Source: Toensbergia leucococca (lineage: Eukaryota). Taken from it: a stretch of DNA of 47,085 nucleotides. Location of the stretch: assembly GCA_022813965.1 (NCBI GenBank), contig JALDZS010000181.1:1-47085 (forward strand). Reading direction: 5' to 3'. The notes under the pieces are model-generated. The model saw nothing but the letters and a program-made list of their open reading frames with translations. It was not told the DNA's origin and did no database searches. This document shows positions 37,547 through 47,085 of this stretch, piece by piece (within the stretch, counting starts at the first letter, position 1; each line of letters begins with the position of its first letter). The position numbers and the translations under genes were made by a program.

Positions 37547-39785
37547 GAGCAAGGGAGTTTTGGGATGGGAGGTTGGCCATAATAAGCAATCTGCATCCGA
37601 ATCGTTCTTGAAATGCCACTTTTGTCTTTCCCATGTTCCGGACGTGTTTCCGACAAGCTTGACTACTTTGGGCTTTTTATTAGCCTAAAATTACTATTCT
37701 ACAAGGCTTGTCAATAGTCGCTAAAATTGACTCTACTCATCCATAAATCCTACCTACTCTTGCGATTTTTATCCACCGCTAACAGCCGAAATGAATCACA
37801 TGAAAAAAACCGAGTCCTCAGCAAGATGCCGCTCGATATGTTTAGCACTACCTAGGCTTAGTATGCTCTTGTGATGTCATGATGGTGAGGGCAAGGCTCA
37901 ATGAGAATTCCCACCAGTGAGAAAAGCATAGGTAGAAGGTATGATTATGTATGCATACATTGCAAAGTAGACAGCATCAATATAACGGGTAAAGCTCGTG
38001 TCGGGTTTGGTATTTGGAATTTTCTACTGGTAAATTTTGATAATGACCTAATAGCACAATCATGGACTCCTGTGTTTGAATCAACTAAGGCAGCCATCTC
38101 GATTGATTTGAGCAACAGCTCCCATATCCCAAGCCAATGTGCAGTATCAATTGGAGCTTGAGGGTTCAGCATAAATAAGGTAGTCAGGAAAGAAACGAAT
38201 TGCGGAGTAATGTGTGGCTAGCTGCGGTGAGATGCCAACGATAATAAATCAAAATGCCTTTAGCGAGTGTGGTAGCACCTCTTTGATTAGAGGAATCCAA
38301 CTCATTCTAATGCCTTTTATTGTCTTAAATGTAGCTCTGCACCTACATGGATCCAAGGTAAGGAGCCGTAGTCGTAATCTCAGAGCGGCATCTGTACGAA
38401 AATCTAGCACCAATGTTGATACAAACGAGCAGCCATGTATAGGTATAAAATCCATAATGAACAAGCACTAAACCTCCTTGCAAAGCTCAGGGTGGAGTTT
38501 CAAGATGTAAACGGAAGACGGATAGAAAAAATGTAAATGATTCCAAAACACTGAATAAAGGGATTGAGAAGCTCAATCGTCCTCGATGTTGTACTTGCAG
38601 CAAGCTAAGATTGCATTTTTCTCACACCGAAGAATACATTGAAAAGCGAACGAAGTCAACGTCAGCTTAAAGTAACGGAACGCAGCCTTTTATTAGGTGG
38701 GGACTAATCATACATAGGGCACTGCATCATCCCTATTTGATTACCAGTCTTGCTTGAATATCAGAGACGGCAACAGGATACGTTCAACCGCGGACCGACC
38801 CGCCTGCTGTAGCCTTCATTGCAGCATCAAAGTCAGCCATCCGGCCCTGCTTCGAATTGTAATAACGATTCCTAGTACTGTTCAGTGTCTGTTCATGGTG
38901 ACTCAAAAGTGACAGGGTGGTATGAGTCCGTCCAGAGATACTTACTTCTTGGTACACCAGTCTATGATTAGATAGGCACCGGCCAAGGGCGGTATAACAA
39001 AAATAGCTTGAGCTTTGAATCTTCGCCAAGAGTTGAATACCGCTGCATTCAAGGTACCAGCTAGAGGACGTTGCCGATTCGCTGAAATGGCGTAGGTCGT
39101 AATACCTTTCTGCGTTTGCGACCCTGGAAGAGCAACCCATCAATGTCTTGTAGCTTAGCAGTCAATCGATTGTGCAACCACGGTTCCATCATGGCTCGGA
39201 GAATGTCGAGCATCGAATATACACAAAGAGGGATGTACCTAGATTGCCCCAACCTCCGATATAACTACGGAATTTGGATCAGCGCAATTCCTGGCTCACA
39301 TTCGTACAGAGCAGTCGTTGAGGCTTTGCTCTCGTCATCCAACGCAAAAGCAGCCGCCAAACTTGTGGTACATAAGCTGAACTTACTGGCCATGCTTCGT
39401 GTCCAACGGTTCACTACCGCCTCCCATGACTGTGGTGTGATGGATAAAAAGGCTATTAAGAGCAAAGAAATTGTGTTTAACAAAGTGACGTTCGACGTTT
39501 GAGAAGAGAGAGTGCAACTCCTCGGAATAAGTACACTAGAGTACGGGAACCTTCTACAGAATAGAACACGGTGACCCAATCAGGCACTCATGCTTGACTG
39601 CCGAGACTTGGTGACCTCGTTTCTGTATCCGCACGGACATCAATACATCAACGCAAATTATGGAATTTTGAAGCCTCATTCATTATTTCTCTGGCTTGAT
39701 TGAAAGCGACCGCTTGTACTTCTTCGACGTTGTCATCTTCGATTTTGTCATCTTCAGCCTCTACTCACAATTTTTAATTTCTATC

Positions 39786-40720
39786 ATGGCGAACGCTCTC
39801 AACACAGTCTATCGATACGCAGTCCCTGTGGCCGCGCTCTTCGCTCTCGGCCAAGCGTCTATCTACGATGTTAAAGGTGGTACACGTGCAGTTATATTTG
39901 ATCGTCTGTCTGGTGTCAAAGACAATGTCATGAATGAAGGCACTCATTTCCTTGTACCATGGCTACAAAAATCCATCATCTACGATGTTCGCACCAAACC
40001 TCGCAATATTTCCACCACTACAGGCAGCAAGGACCTCCAAATGGTCAGCTTGACCCTGCGAGTACTACATCGCCCAGATGTCAAGATGCTACCAAAAATA
40101 TATCAGGTATGGTACTCTTCATTCGCGACTTCGTCTTGTCTATTCTTATAGATCCAACCCCATTATCGTGAATAACATCTAACCAATCCTAGTCCCTAGG
40201 CCAAGACTACGACGAGCGAGTTCTCCCATCAATCGGCAACGAGGTCCTCAAGTCTATAGTAGCACAATTCGATGCCGCTGAATTGATTACTCAACGTGAA
40301 GCCGTTTCTGCTCGCATTCGCACCGACCTCCTTAAGCGTGCCTCCGAATTCAACATCGCTCTGGAAGACGTTAGCATCACACACATGACTTTCGGCAAAG
40401 AATTTACTCGTGCAGTAGAGCAGAAACAAATCGCGCAACAGGACGCCGAAAGGGCAAGATTTATTGTGGAGAAAGCGGAGCAAGAAAGGCAAGCCAACGT
40501 CATAAGGGCCGAGGGAGAGGCCGAGAGCGCGGATATCATTAGCAAGGCTGTAGCGAAGGCTGGTGATGGCTTGATTATGATCAGAAGAATTGAGGCTAGT
40601 AAAGAGATTGCCCAGACGTTGGCAAACAACCCAAATGTAACGTACTTACCGGGTGGAGGAGAGGGGGGCGGGAAGGACGGGGGTAAGGGAACGAGTCTAC
40701 TGCTGGGTTTGAGGTCGTAA
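39786..40720 (+). CDS. phb1: Prohibitin-1 (~282 aa)
   Basis: Exons 39786-40106 and 40193-40720. Motifs [53 protein letters not shown] and [11 protein letters not shown]. Confidence 0.96.
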
Positions 40721-40897
40721 TCCAGAGAAGTATACTTCGGGAATCACATGAGCCAAAGAGGTAAGCTCTGTGTCACGATCCGATCAAAACACCATAATTG
40801 TAGCATAGCATAGTCTCCACTGTGTAGAATAGCATCTTCTTATCTTTACGCCGTCGCTTTGATGTAATGAGCAGTATCCATATTTCTTTATCACGAT

Positions 40898-42550
40898 TCA
40901 TCCAAACCTCCCACCGCTCCGGAGTCCTGTTCTTGCCTGTGCAGCACTGCTCATGAACATTTCACCTCCCAAGCTTCCATATCCCCCCTGACCGGATGAG
41001 TTCCCAAAATTAACAACGCCTTGTCCTTTCGGTCCTTTGATGTCCAAACCTGCATTCAAAACCTCCATCCTTAACATCCTTAATTGCAACGTCCGTTCAT
41101 AATCCTTTGCCATCATTAGCGCTTCCTGATGGACTCTACTCCTCTCATTCACCCGCTTGTCAAGTAAAACACGATCTACCAAATCAATCCGTGCATTGAG
41201 GGTGCCACCGTCAATCATGCTTTGGAGCTCAGACTCGATTTTTTGTTCGCTGGTATTGAAAGCGAAGGCGAGAGCCGAGAGCGTGACGCAGGAGAAGGGT
41301 ATGAAATACTGGACTATTGCTTTGCTGCGAATCTGATTATAAAGTTCCGGGAGATGACGTTGAAGGTGTATATCAAGGAGGTAGTCAGGTTGGTAAGATT
41401 CAAGAATAGAGAGACACGCAGAGTATTTGGAGGATACGAAGAAGGAAATGGCGCGTCGTATGTGAGGTTCAAGCTCAAGGTAGTTGCGAAAACTAGAGTT
41501 TTCAAGCACTCGTTTTTGGAGCTCGTCGCGGGTCATAGAAGCGAGGGCACAGAGGCCACCATAGACAGCTATATCATTAGGTGTTATGATCTCGTTGTAC
41601 CCTTCGTCATCGCTGAAATCGTCAAGCTTGGCTTGTAGCATACGTGGATCTGTATCCAAGAAGCTATTGGCGGCGTCTTTGTAGCTTCCTGAAGCGAGTT
41701 GAGCTAGCCCCATGGCGGCGGAAAGCTTGGCTGAAGCTTTGTCGGCGTCAGCGGGTTTCAGATTGAGGTTGAGAATTTTCTGCACATTGGATTGCACGGC
41801 AAGCCAATTGCCCTGATCGACGGAGACATTGAGAATGCGGAAACATAATATAGCTATATGGGATGGGGTGGTGCAGAAATCGCGCATCCGGCTGTACGAT
41901 TTGGTCGAGTTGTTCATATCACCGGTCTGATGGTAGTGTTGCCCGAGGTCATCGTAACCCATCTAGATATGAGTTAGCGCATCATCCCAATCTTCTACAC
42001 TTCTCATTAAGTGTAGCCATAGTCTTACCCGAATACTCTCTTTAATTAGATTGTTTTTGTATCCCTTCAATTCCAGCTCTAGCCTATCTGTTTCCGTCTT
42101 TACTTGCTTGTTCATCTTGTCCATCCACCCTAGATCCGGTATTGCATCTGGATCCTCAGGAGCAATCGCCTGCAGAGCAGTGACAGCGATGTCATAACGC
42201 GCCACGTCCTTGCCAAGTTTCGCCTCAGCCACGGCGTACTTTAAAGCTTCGAGACAAAGATATAACGAAGATATGCCGATGAGGTAGAGTCTGTCGAACC
42301 GCGTTCTACCTACAGGCCGCACGTAAGAGTCTCTTCGCTGTAAGTTCGAGAGAGAGAGGCTTGCATGAAAAGCCGTGAATAGCTCACCTTTGTAATTTGC
42401 AATGTACGCATCGAGATCGAATTTAGGCGGATCTATTGGTGAAGTTAGTTAGACTAGAAAAAGCTGAACTTGTCAATGACGACCCTTTACAACTATTTGC
42501 CCAGCTTGATAAGCCTTGATTAACCAGTCAGGTTCTTTGTGACTGGCCAT
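40898..42550 (-). CDS. csn1: COP9 signalosome subunit 1 (~485 aa)
   Basis: Exons 42550-42484, 42432-42388, 42309-42029, 41962-40898. Motifs DPPKFDLDAYIANY, LKGYKNNLIKESIRMG, YGGLCALAS, FRNYLELEP and a PCI domain. Confidence 0.95.
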
Positions 42551-42773
42551 TTTTAGAGCTGGATCAACGTTGTAGTTGCCGCTTGATTATTGCAAGGTTG
42601 ATGAACACCTTATCTCGTAACTCCATACGGATACTCCGCACTCGTACGGAACATTTTAGCCGTTTGAGGCTCGCAGCCTTGTAGGGCTATATTAGCGTCA
42701 TCTCTTCGCGTCCGATCTTACAGATATAAACCCTTAAACCTTACCTAATCAACTTACAAATTTACAACCATAA

Positions 42774-44244
42774 ATGTTGCTCTATTCAAGGACTAGGCCT
42801 CCCAACATTAGGCACACAAGCCCCTATCGATCGTTGCATGGCATCTTGTGGCAGTATCAAAGATTATTCACTTCAAATACTGAACGTATCGCAGGTAAGA
42901 TGTATCTTCAGTCCAGCGAGCCCTTTTAAGTCCTACCTAATTAACACGGCCAAGAGGGAGATCGAGTCTTGCTCCACGAGAGAGACAAGAGCCCAATCCT
43001 CACGAAACCGCTTCGTCGTAACCATGAGACTGTGGGGAAATGGGGTAGAGTTAGCCATGAAAGCCTTATTGGCAAGCAAGCACGAGATGTGATCAAGACT
43101 AGTTCGGGCTGTGAGGTCCGAGCGCGCCTCCCAAGTCTCGACGAGTATGTAACAATGACCCCACGCCTTGTCACTCCTGTGAGAATAGTCCCACTGTGCT
43201 CTTGCACTAGCTGCTTGAGCTGATCTTGTGTACTAGTAGATCTATCCCGCGGACGCTAATCTGATGGTCTCACTGCTCGATATCCATGTCACTTCCTCAC
43301 AGACTTCAACTGATAACACCAACCCGATCCGGATCCTCGAGGCTGGAACGGGCCATGGAGCTTTGACCCTTCACTTAGCAAGGGCCATTCATGCCGCAAA
43401 CCTCCAACAGCGGGATGAGGATGTCTTGCCACTTGTTAAGAACGAAGTATATACATCGTCCGCGTCAAATCAGACTCCTCCTGTGCCCAGTTGTGCTGAC
43501 GCTGACCATGACGCGATTGGTGTGACCTCTGACACGGTAAGCGGCAGCAATGATCTGCTAGCAACAACACGCGCCTATCCCTCGAGTGATCAACGAAGAG
43601 CAATTGTCGAAACCTTGGATATCTCCTTGCATTACTCAGAACACGCCCAGAAAATTGTTCGTGGATTCCGACAAGGCTTGTATAGTCGAGACGTAGATTT
43701 CCACGTCGGTTGTGTTTCTAATTGGATAGAACTGCAGACGTGCCATCATGGGGATGAGGCGGAGAAAGCTTTTTTATCACACGCTATACTTGATCTGCCT
43801 TCGCCGCACGACCATATCGGAAAGGTTGCGACGGCACTCAACCCTAACGGCGTTCTGCTTGTCTTCAACCCAAGCATAACGCAGATACTAGTTTGTATCG
43901 AAATGGTCAAGAAGCAGAAGCTACCGTTACAACTAGACCGAGTCCTTGAATTAGGTCCTGCCATGACCGGCGGCAGGGAATGGGACATTCGAATTTTGAA
44001 GACGAGAGCAATGGCTAAAGCAGAGACTGAGAAAAGCTTTGCTGTAACCATCGATAACAACGTGGCAAACGCGAACTTGAGCGAGTGTAGTGATTCAGCA
44101 GAAACGCTTGACAAAGAAAACGCAAAAGCATCTGTAACAGAAGACGCGGAATTGGTTACGGTGTGCAGGCCAAAGACTGGTATTAGAGTAGTAGGCGGGG
44201 GTTTCTTGGCCATGTGGCGAAGGATGAGAAGAGCCCTCGAATAA
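42774..44244 (+). CDS. tRNA (adenine-58-N1) methyltransferase Trm61/TrmI-like, probably mitochondrial (~449 aa)
   Basis: Exons 42774-42894, 42955-43178, 43240-44244. Motifs PSLDEYVTMTPRLVTPIYPAD, ILEAGTGHGALT, ILDLPSP and FNPSITQ; Arg/Ser-rich leader nearly free of acidic residues. Confidence 0.85.
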
Positions 44245-44307
44245 AGCTACACGACTGATCTTGGCCGCTGAGCCTCTATTCCTGGATTTACGAAAACTCA
44301 TAAAGCT

Positions 44308-45361
44308 TTACAGTTTGCTCTTAGTTTCTGAATCAACAGCTGGAAGTGTATTCGGCGGGTCAACTCTGGCGAGAATCCATCTAGCAACATCTTTTGCAAA
44401 GGTATCACGATCCTCTCCTGGCTCGGCATGTACTAAAACATAATCAGTTTGAGCATGCCCATTCGATCGCTTCTTTACCGTCAACTTACATGCATGATAC
44501 CATCCCTCATACTTTTTGAACTCCTTGTCCTTGATATCTAATTTCTCAACAAATCTTTTACTAGCATCAAAACTCGTAATGCGATCTCCACTCCCATGAC
44601 TGAGCCAAAGTCTCATGGTTTTGCTTCCTTTAAATTTTATCTTACCTGAATTCAACTCATCCGCTCTCTGCAACATCCCTGATAGCCCTTCCAGCGTGCC
44701 CGTGTCGTGGCACAACTCGTCCTCGACCCAATCTTTACGAACACTTTCGTCCCGAGATTTCCACGTTGCATCAAGCTTCTGCAGCATCTGCAACTTGGGC
44801 GCCACCATCGCTGCTAACCTGCCCCCCATTATGGTGAACTTATTCGGCTGCGAGTCGGGATGAAGGGCTATCCATGGACTTTCGGCTAGGTACCCCGTTA
44901 TTTGGGTCCTCAGCTGCGAAGGTCCTCTTGCCGCCCAGTATAGCACCTCTTGCCCCCCCATTGAATGGCCCATTAGGAACACAGGCGCAGCTGCGGGGAG
45001 CTGTGATTCTACAATGGACGAAATATCCGCCAAGACTTGAGACGTGGGGCCAGTGAGACCGCGCTCTGAGGGGGCGTGGACGGAGCGTCCCCAGCCTCGT
45101 TGATCGAAGGCATGGACTTGGATGTCATGAGACAAGGCGAGTGTGGGAAAGAAGTTGTAGTAGCAATTACAGTGGTCACTAAAGCCATGAACGAATACTA
45201 GTATTGCGGCTGGGGGGCCTTGGGGCTGACAGGCAAGAGATATTGTTCAGTGGTTTGTCTGAAAGAACGACGGAGTGTGGGAAATGACGCACTATCCAGG
45301 TTTTCGTGTAGAGGTTGTTCCCATCCTGAAGAGAATGCTCGCCTTCTCTTGTTGTTGCCAT
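44308..45361 (-). CDS. Alpha/beta hydrolase, monoacylglycerol lipase Yju3-like, with C-terminal SKL (~309 aa)
   Basis: Exons 45361-45293, 45225-44490, 44432-44308. Motifs FVHGFSDH, FDQRGWGRS, GHSMGG, HGSGD and YHALHAE; ends ETKSKL*. Confidence 0.9.
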
Positions 45362-46029
45362 TATTGTGATTAGGACAATGAATATGCAACTTGTAGAGTT
45401 AAAGGGGTTGTTGCTTCAAGACTGCTGCGGAGGTGACGAGGGAATTTGCTTCAGCAATTTTCGTGAAGTTGTAGGTTACATGACCACCGAGCCACCAAGA
45501 TTGGGTGGTTCTGAGTGTTGTGCGTGCCGAGGCACGACTTCCTATGGCGGACCAATCCTCGAATACTTACACACTGCAAAAAACAACTTGAAATCTCAAA
45601 TCGCGAAAACAAATTTGGAATTCTCTACCAATGATGTATGATTCATGATTAAAGTGATCAAGCTAAGCTAAATTGCTGTGTATGATGCTTGAGCCCCTAC
45701 CTACTTGATTATACCTGATTTCATACCTACCTGATTCAAATCCTCATGTTAATGACTAGCATAGAGAAACGCGTCAATTTCAAATAAAAGTCTTCTCTGC
45801 TTACTCAATTTCTAACTATAAAAATGACTTTAGATCTTTAGTTTTAACGTAGATAGCATATAAATAGCATCCTTATGTGATCAGAAAGTCTATTTAGTGA
45901 TTGCAAAATCCTCAAGATTGTCTTGACATTTTTTTTATAATTTTTTTTCCTTTCTAGAATTTATATAGTATAATTAACAACTATCAATGATAGTGAATAG
46001 AGCTTAAATTAAAAATCTAATTCAGACAT

Positions 46030-46253
46030 ATTATAGAGCTTTATTATATGATTCTATGACAGCAGGGTTCAGTTAAACACTACTAGCAGTCATAAAGATA
46101 TTCTTAATAAAGATTTTATAAGGTTGATTAAATTATAAACATAGATGAACATTAAGATAAACTTATCAGCTTATCACTATAACATCTTTATAAACACATA
46201 AGAGATTTAACTGATACTTACTGTGATAAAATCACATAATAAAGCTCTATAAT
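46030..46253. mobile_element. MITE-like element with ~48-bp terminal inverted repeats
   Basis: 46030-46077 matches the reverse complement of 46206-46253 at 41 of 48 positions, with the outer 18 perfect. A TA target duplication is possible (46032-33 and 46250-51). No ORF. Confidence 0.75.
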
Positions 46254-46456
46254 TGTTATGACTCAGCTGACTTACTAAGTCTTAATACTGATTTAAGAGC
46301 ATTGACACACACTTAAGTCACATTGAGTCTAGTGTTACTATCTGTGACAGTTCTATCTTAGATTAGCGTTCTCAGGCCTGAATCAATCAATTGTTTCAGT
46401 CTTACATACTAGATATTTGTGATCCTAGCACCTAGAACGTCAGTGAGAATACAACA
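46254..46456. mobile_element. Solo-LTR-like element (~203 bp)
   Basis: Termini TGTTATG...TACAACA, which become a perfect TGTTGTG/CACAACA inverted pair if two transitions are reverted. Flanks TAAT/TAGC differ only by transitions. Confidence 0.4.
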
Positions 46457-46782
46457 TAGCAAGAGTATTATTAACTATTATTTTAAACCCTCACAATTGA
46501 TAGCAACAGCATAGGCATAATTGAGTGACTTCTATTATTACTTACCAGCACTCATCAGCACCTCATCATCAGTAAAGAGACTAAAGCCCTTACCGTCATT
46601 GAATATCAGTGAATAGGCTAAAGCCCATGCTGTCATCAAGAAATCAAGTCATTGAATCAGTGAATTTGATAAGTCTTTATCAGTTATTCTCTTTAGAAAT
46701 CAAGTTACTAATAGTGATACAAGTCATTCAGTTTTTATTACTTCTCTTTTGATTTTAAGTGATTATTTTTATTTTTTTCCTT

Positions 46783-47085
46783 ACCTTTCACGTCATGTCA
46801 GACTATTCTGGAAGACCCTTAGGGCAGTTCATTAATTTAAGACAGGGGAAACAAAATATAACACATTGTCTAAAGGATTTACACATGAAGCTGTCATTAT
46901 CTCATCCTTTAGAAGGCGCACCTTATCAGAAGCAATATAAGTTGTCACTGAAATGACCTCAGCATCCTCAATATCCTTTTATTCTTAATCCCTCAACACA
47001 ACAAGTCTCACCTTAATAAGAGCAATAAAAGATATGAGAATCTCTTTTTGAGAGCCTGCAATCTCCTTCATCCTCTCCTTTTAAT
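46783..47085 (-). pseudogene. Stop-riddled 3' end of an unidentified ORF
   Basis: One frame reads KERMKEIAGSQKEILISFIALIKVRLVVLRD*E*KDIEDAEVISVTTYIASDKVRLLKDEIMTASCVNPLDNVLYFVSPVLN**TALRVFQNSLT*RER*. The stops are TAA/TGA, consistent with CAA/CGA transitions. Confidence 0.45.

Larger units (their letters stand above)
45780..47085. repeat. AT-rich, RIP-like degenerate repeat region running off the window end
   Basis: Abrupt drop in GC, abundant TpA, scarce CpG, no intact long ORFs. Judged by eye, not computed. Confidence 0.75.

Noticed and set aside
42433..42483. Weak GTCGTC donor in csn1 intron 1 as a possible stwintron
   Set aside because: At 51 nt it is too short for nested introns, and simple splicing gives the expected IVVKDPPKF.
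1..47085. tRNA, rRNA, snRNA, telomerase RNA, riboswitch, CRISPR array, secondary-metabolite cluster or TGA-CTA readthrough signal
   Set aside because: None recognised by eye. An Infernal/tRNAscan run is needed to exclude small RNAs.

Overview
Gene-dense, intron-containing segment of a filamentous ascomycete (Pezizomycotina) nuclear chromosome. Introns are short, GT-AG, with CTRAY-like branch points. I reconstructed 19 protein-coding genes by hand: a BCAS3-like WD40 protein (5'-truncated), a GPI-type cell-surface protein, the PalcA/NUC-1/Pho4 bHLH phosphate regulator, Hsp90, an atypical septin-type GTPase with a C-terminal hydrophobic tail, a G3BP/Nxt3-like protein, a small hypothetical protein, a TPR-like UPF0656 protein, Nnf1, Pob3, a MARVEL-like membrane protein, a cytochrome b561-domain protein, an OXNAD1-like oxidoreductase, a SET/MYND protein, Phb1, Csn1, a probably mitochondrial Trm61-like methyltransferase, and a Yju3-like lipase ending in -SKL, plus one doubtful small secreted ORF. 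From about 45.8 kb the sequence becomes AT-rich and RIP-like. It contains a MITE-like element, a solo-LTR-like element and a stop-riddled ORF remnant. I see no clearly new biological system. The best leads are regulatory or splicing-level features (a GC-AG or nested intron, ATGA-coupled uORFs, a recurrent TACGGAGTA motif, stop-free 3n introns in catalytic motifs) and several poorly characterised proteins. Family names come from motif recognition, not database searches.
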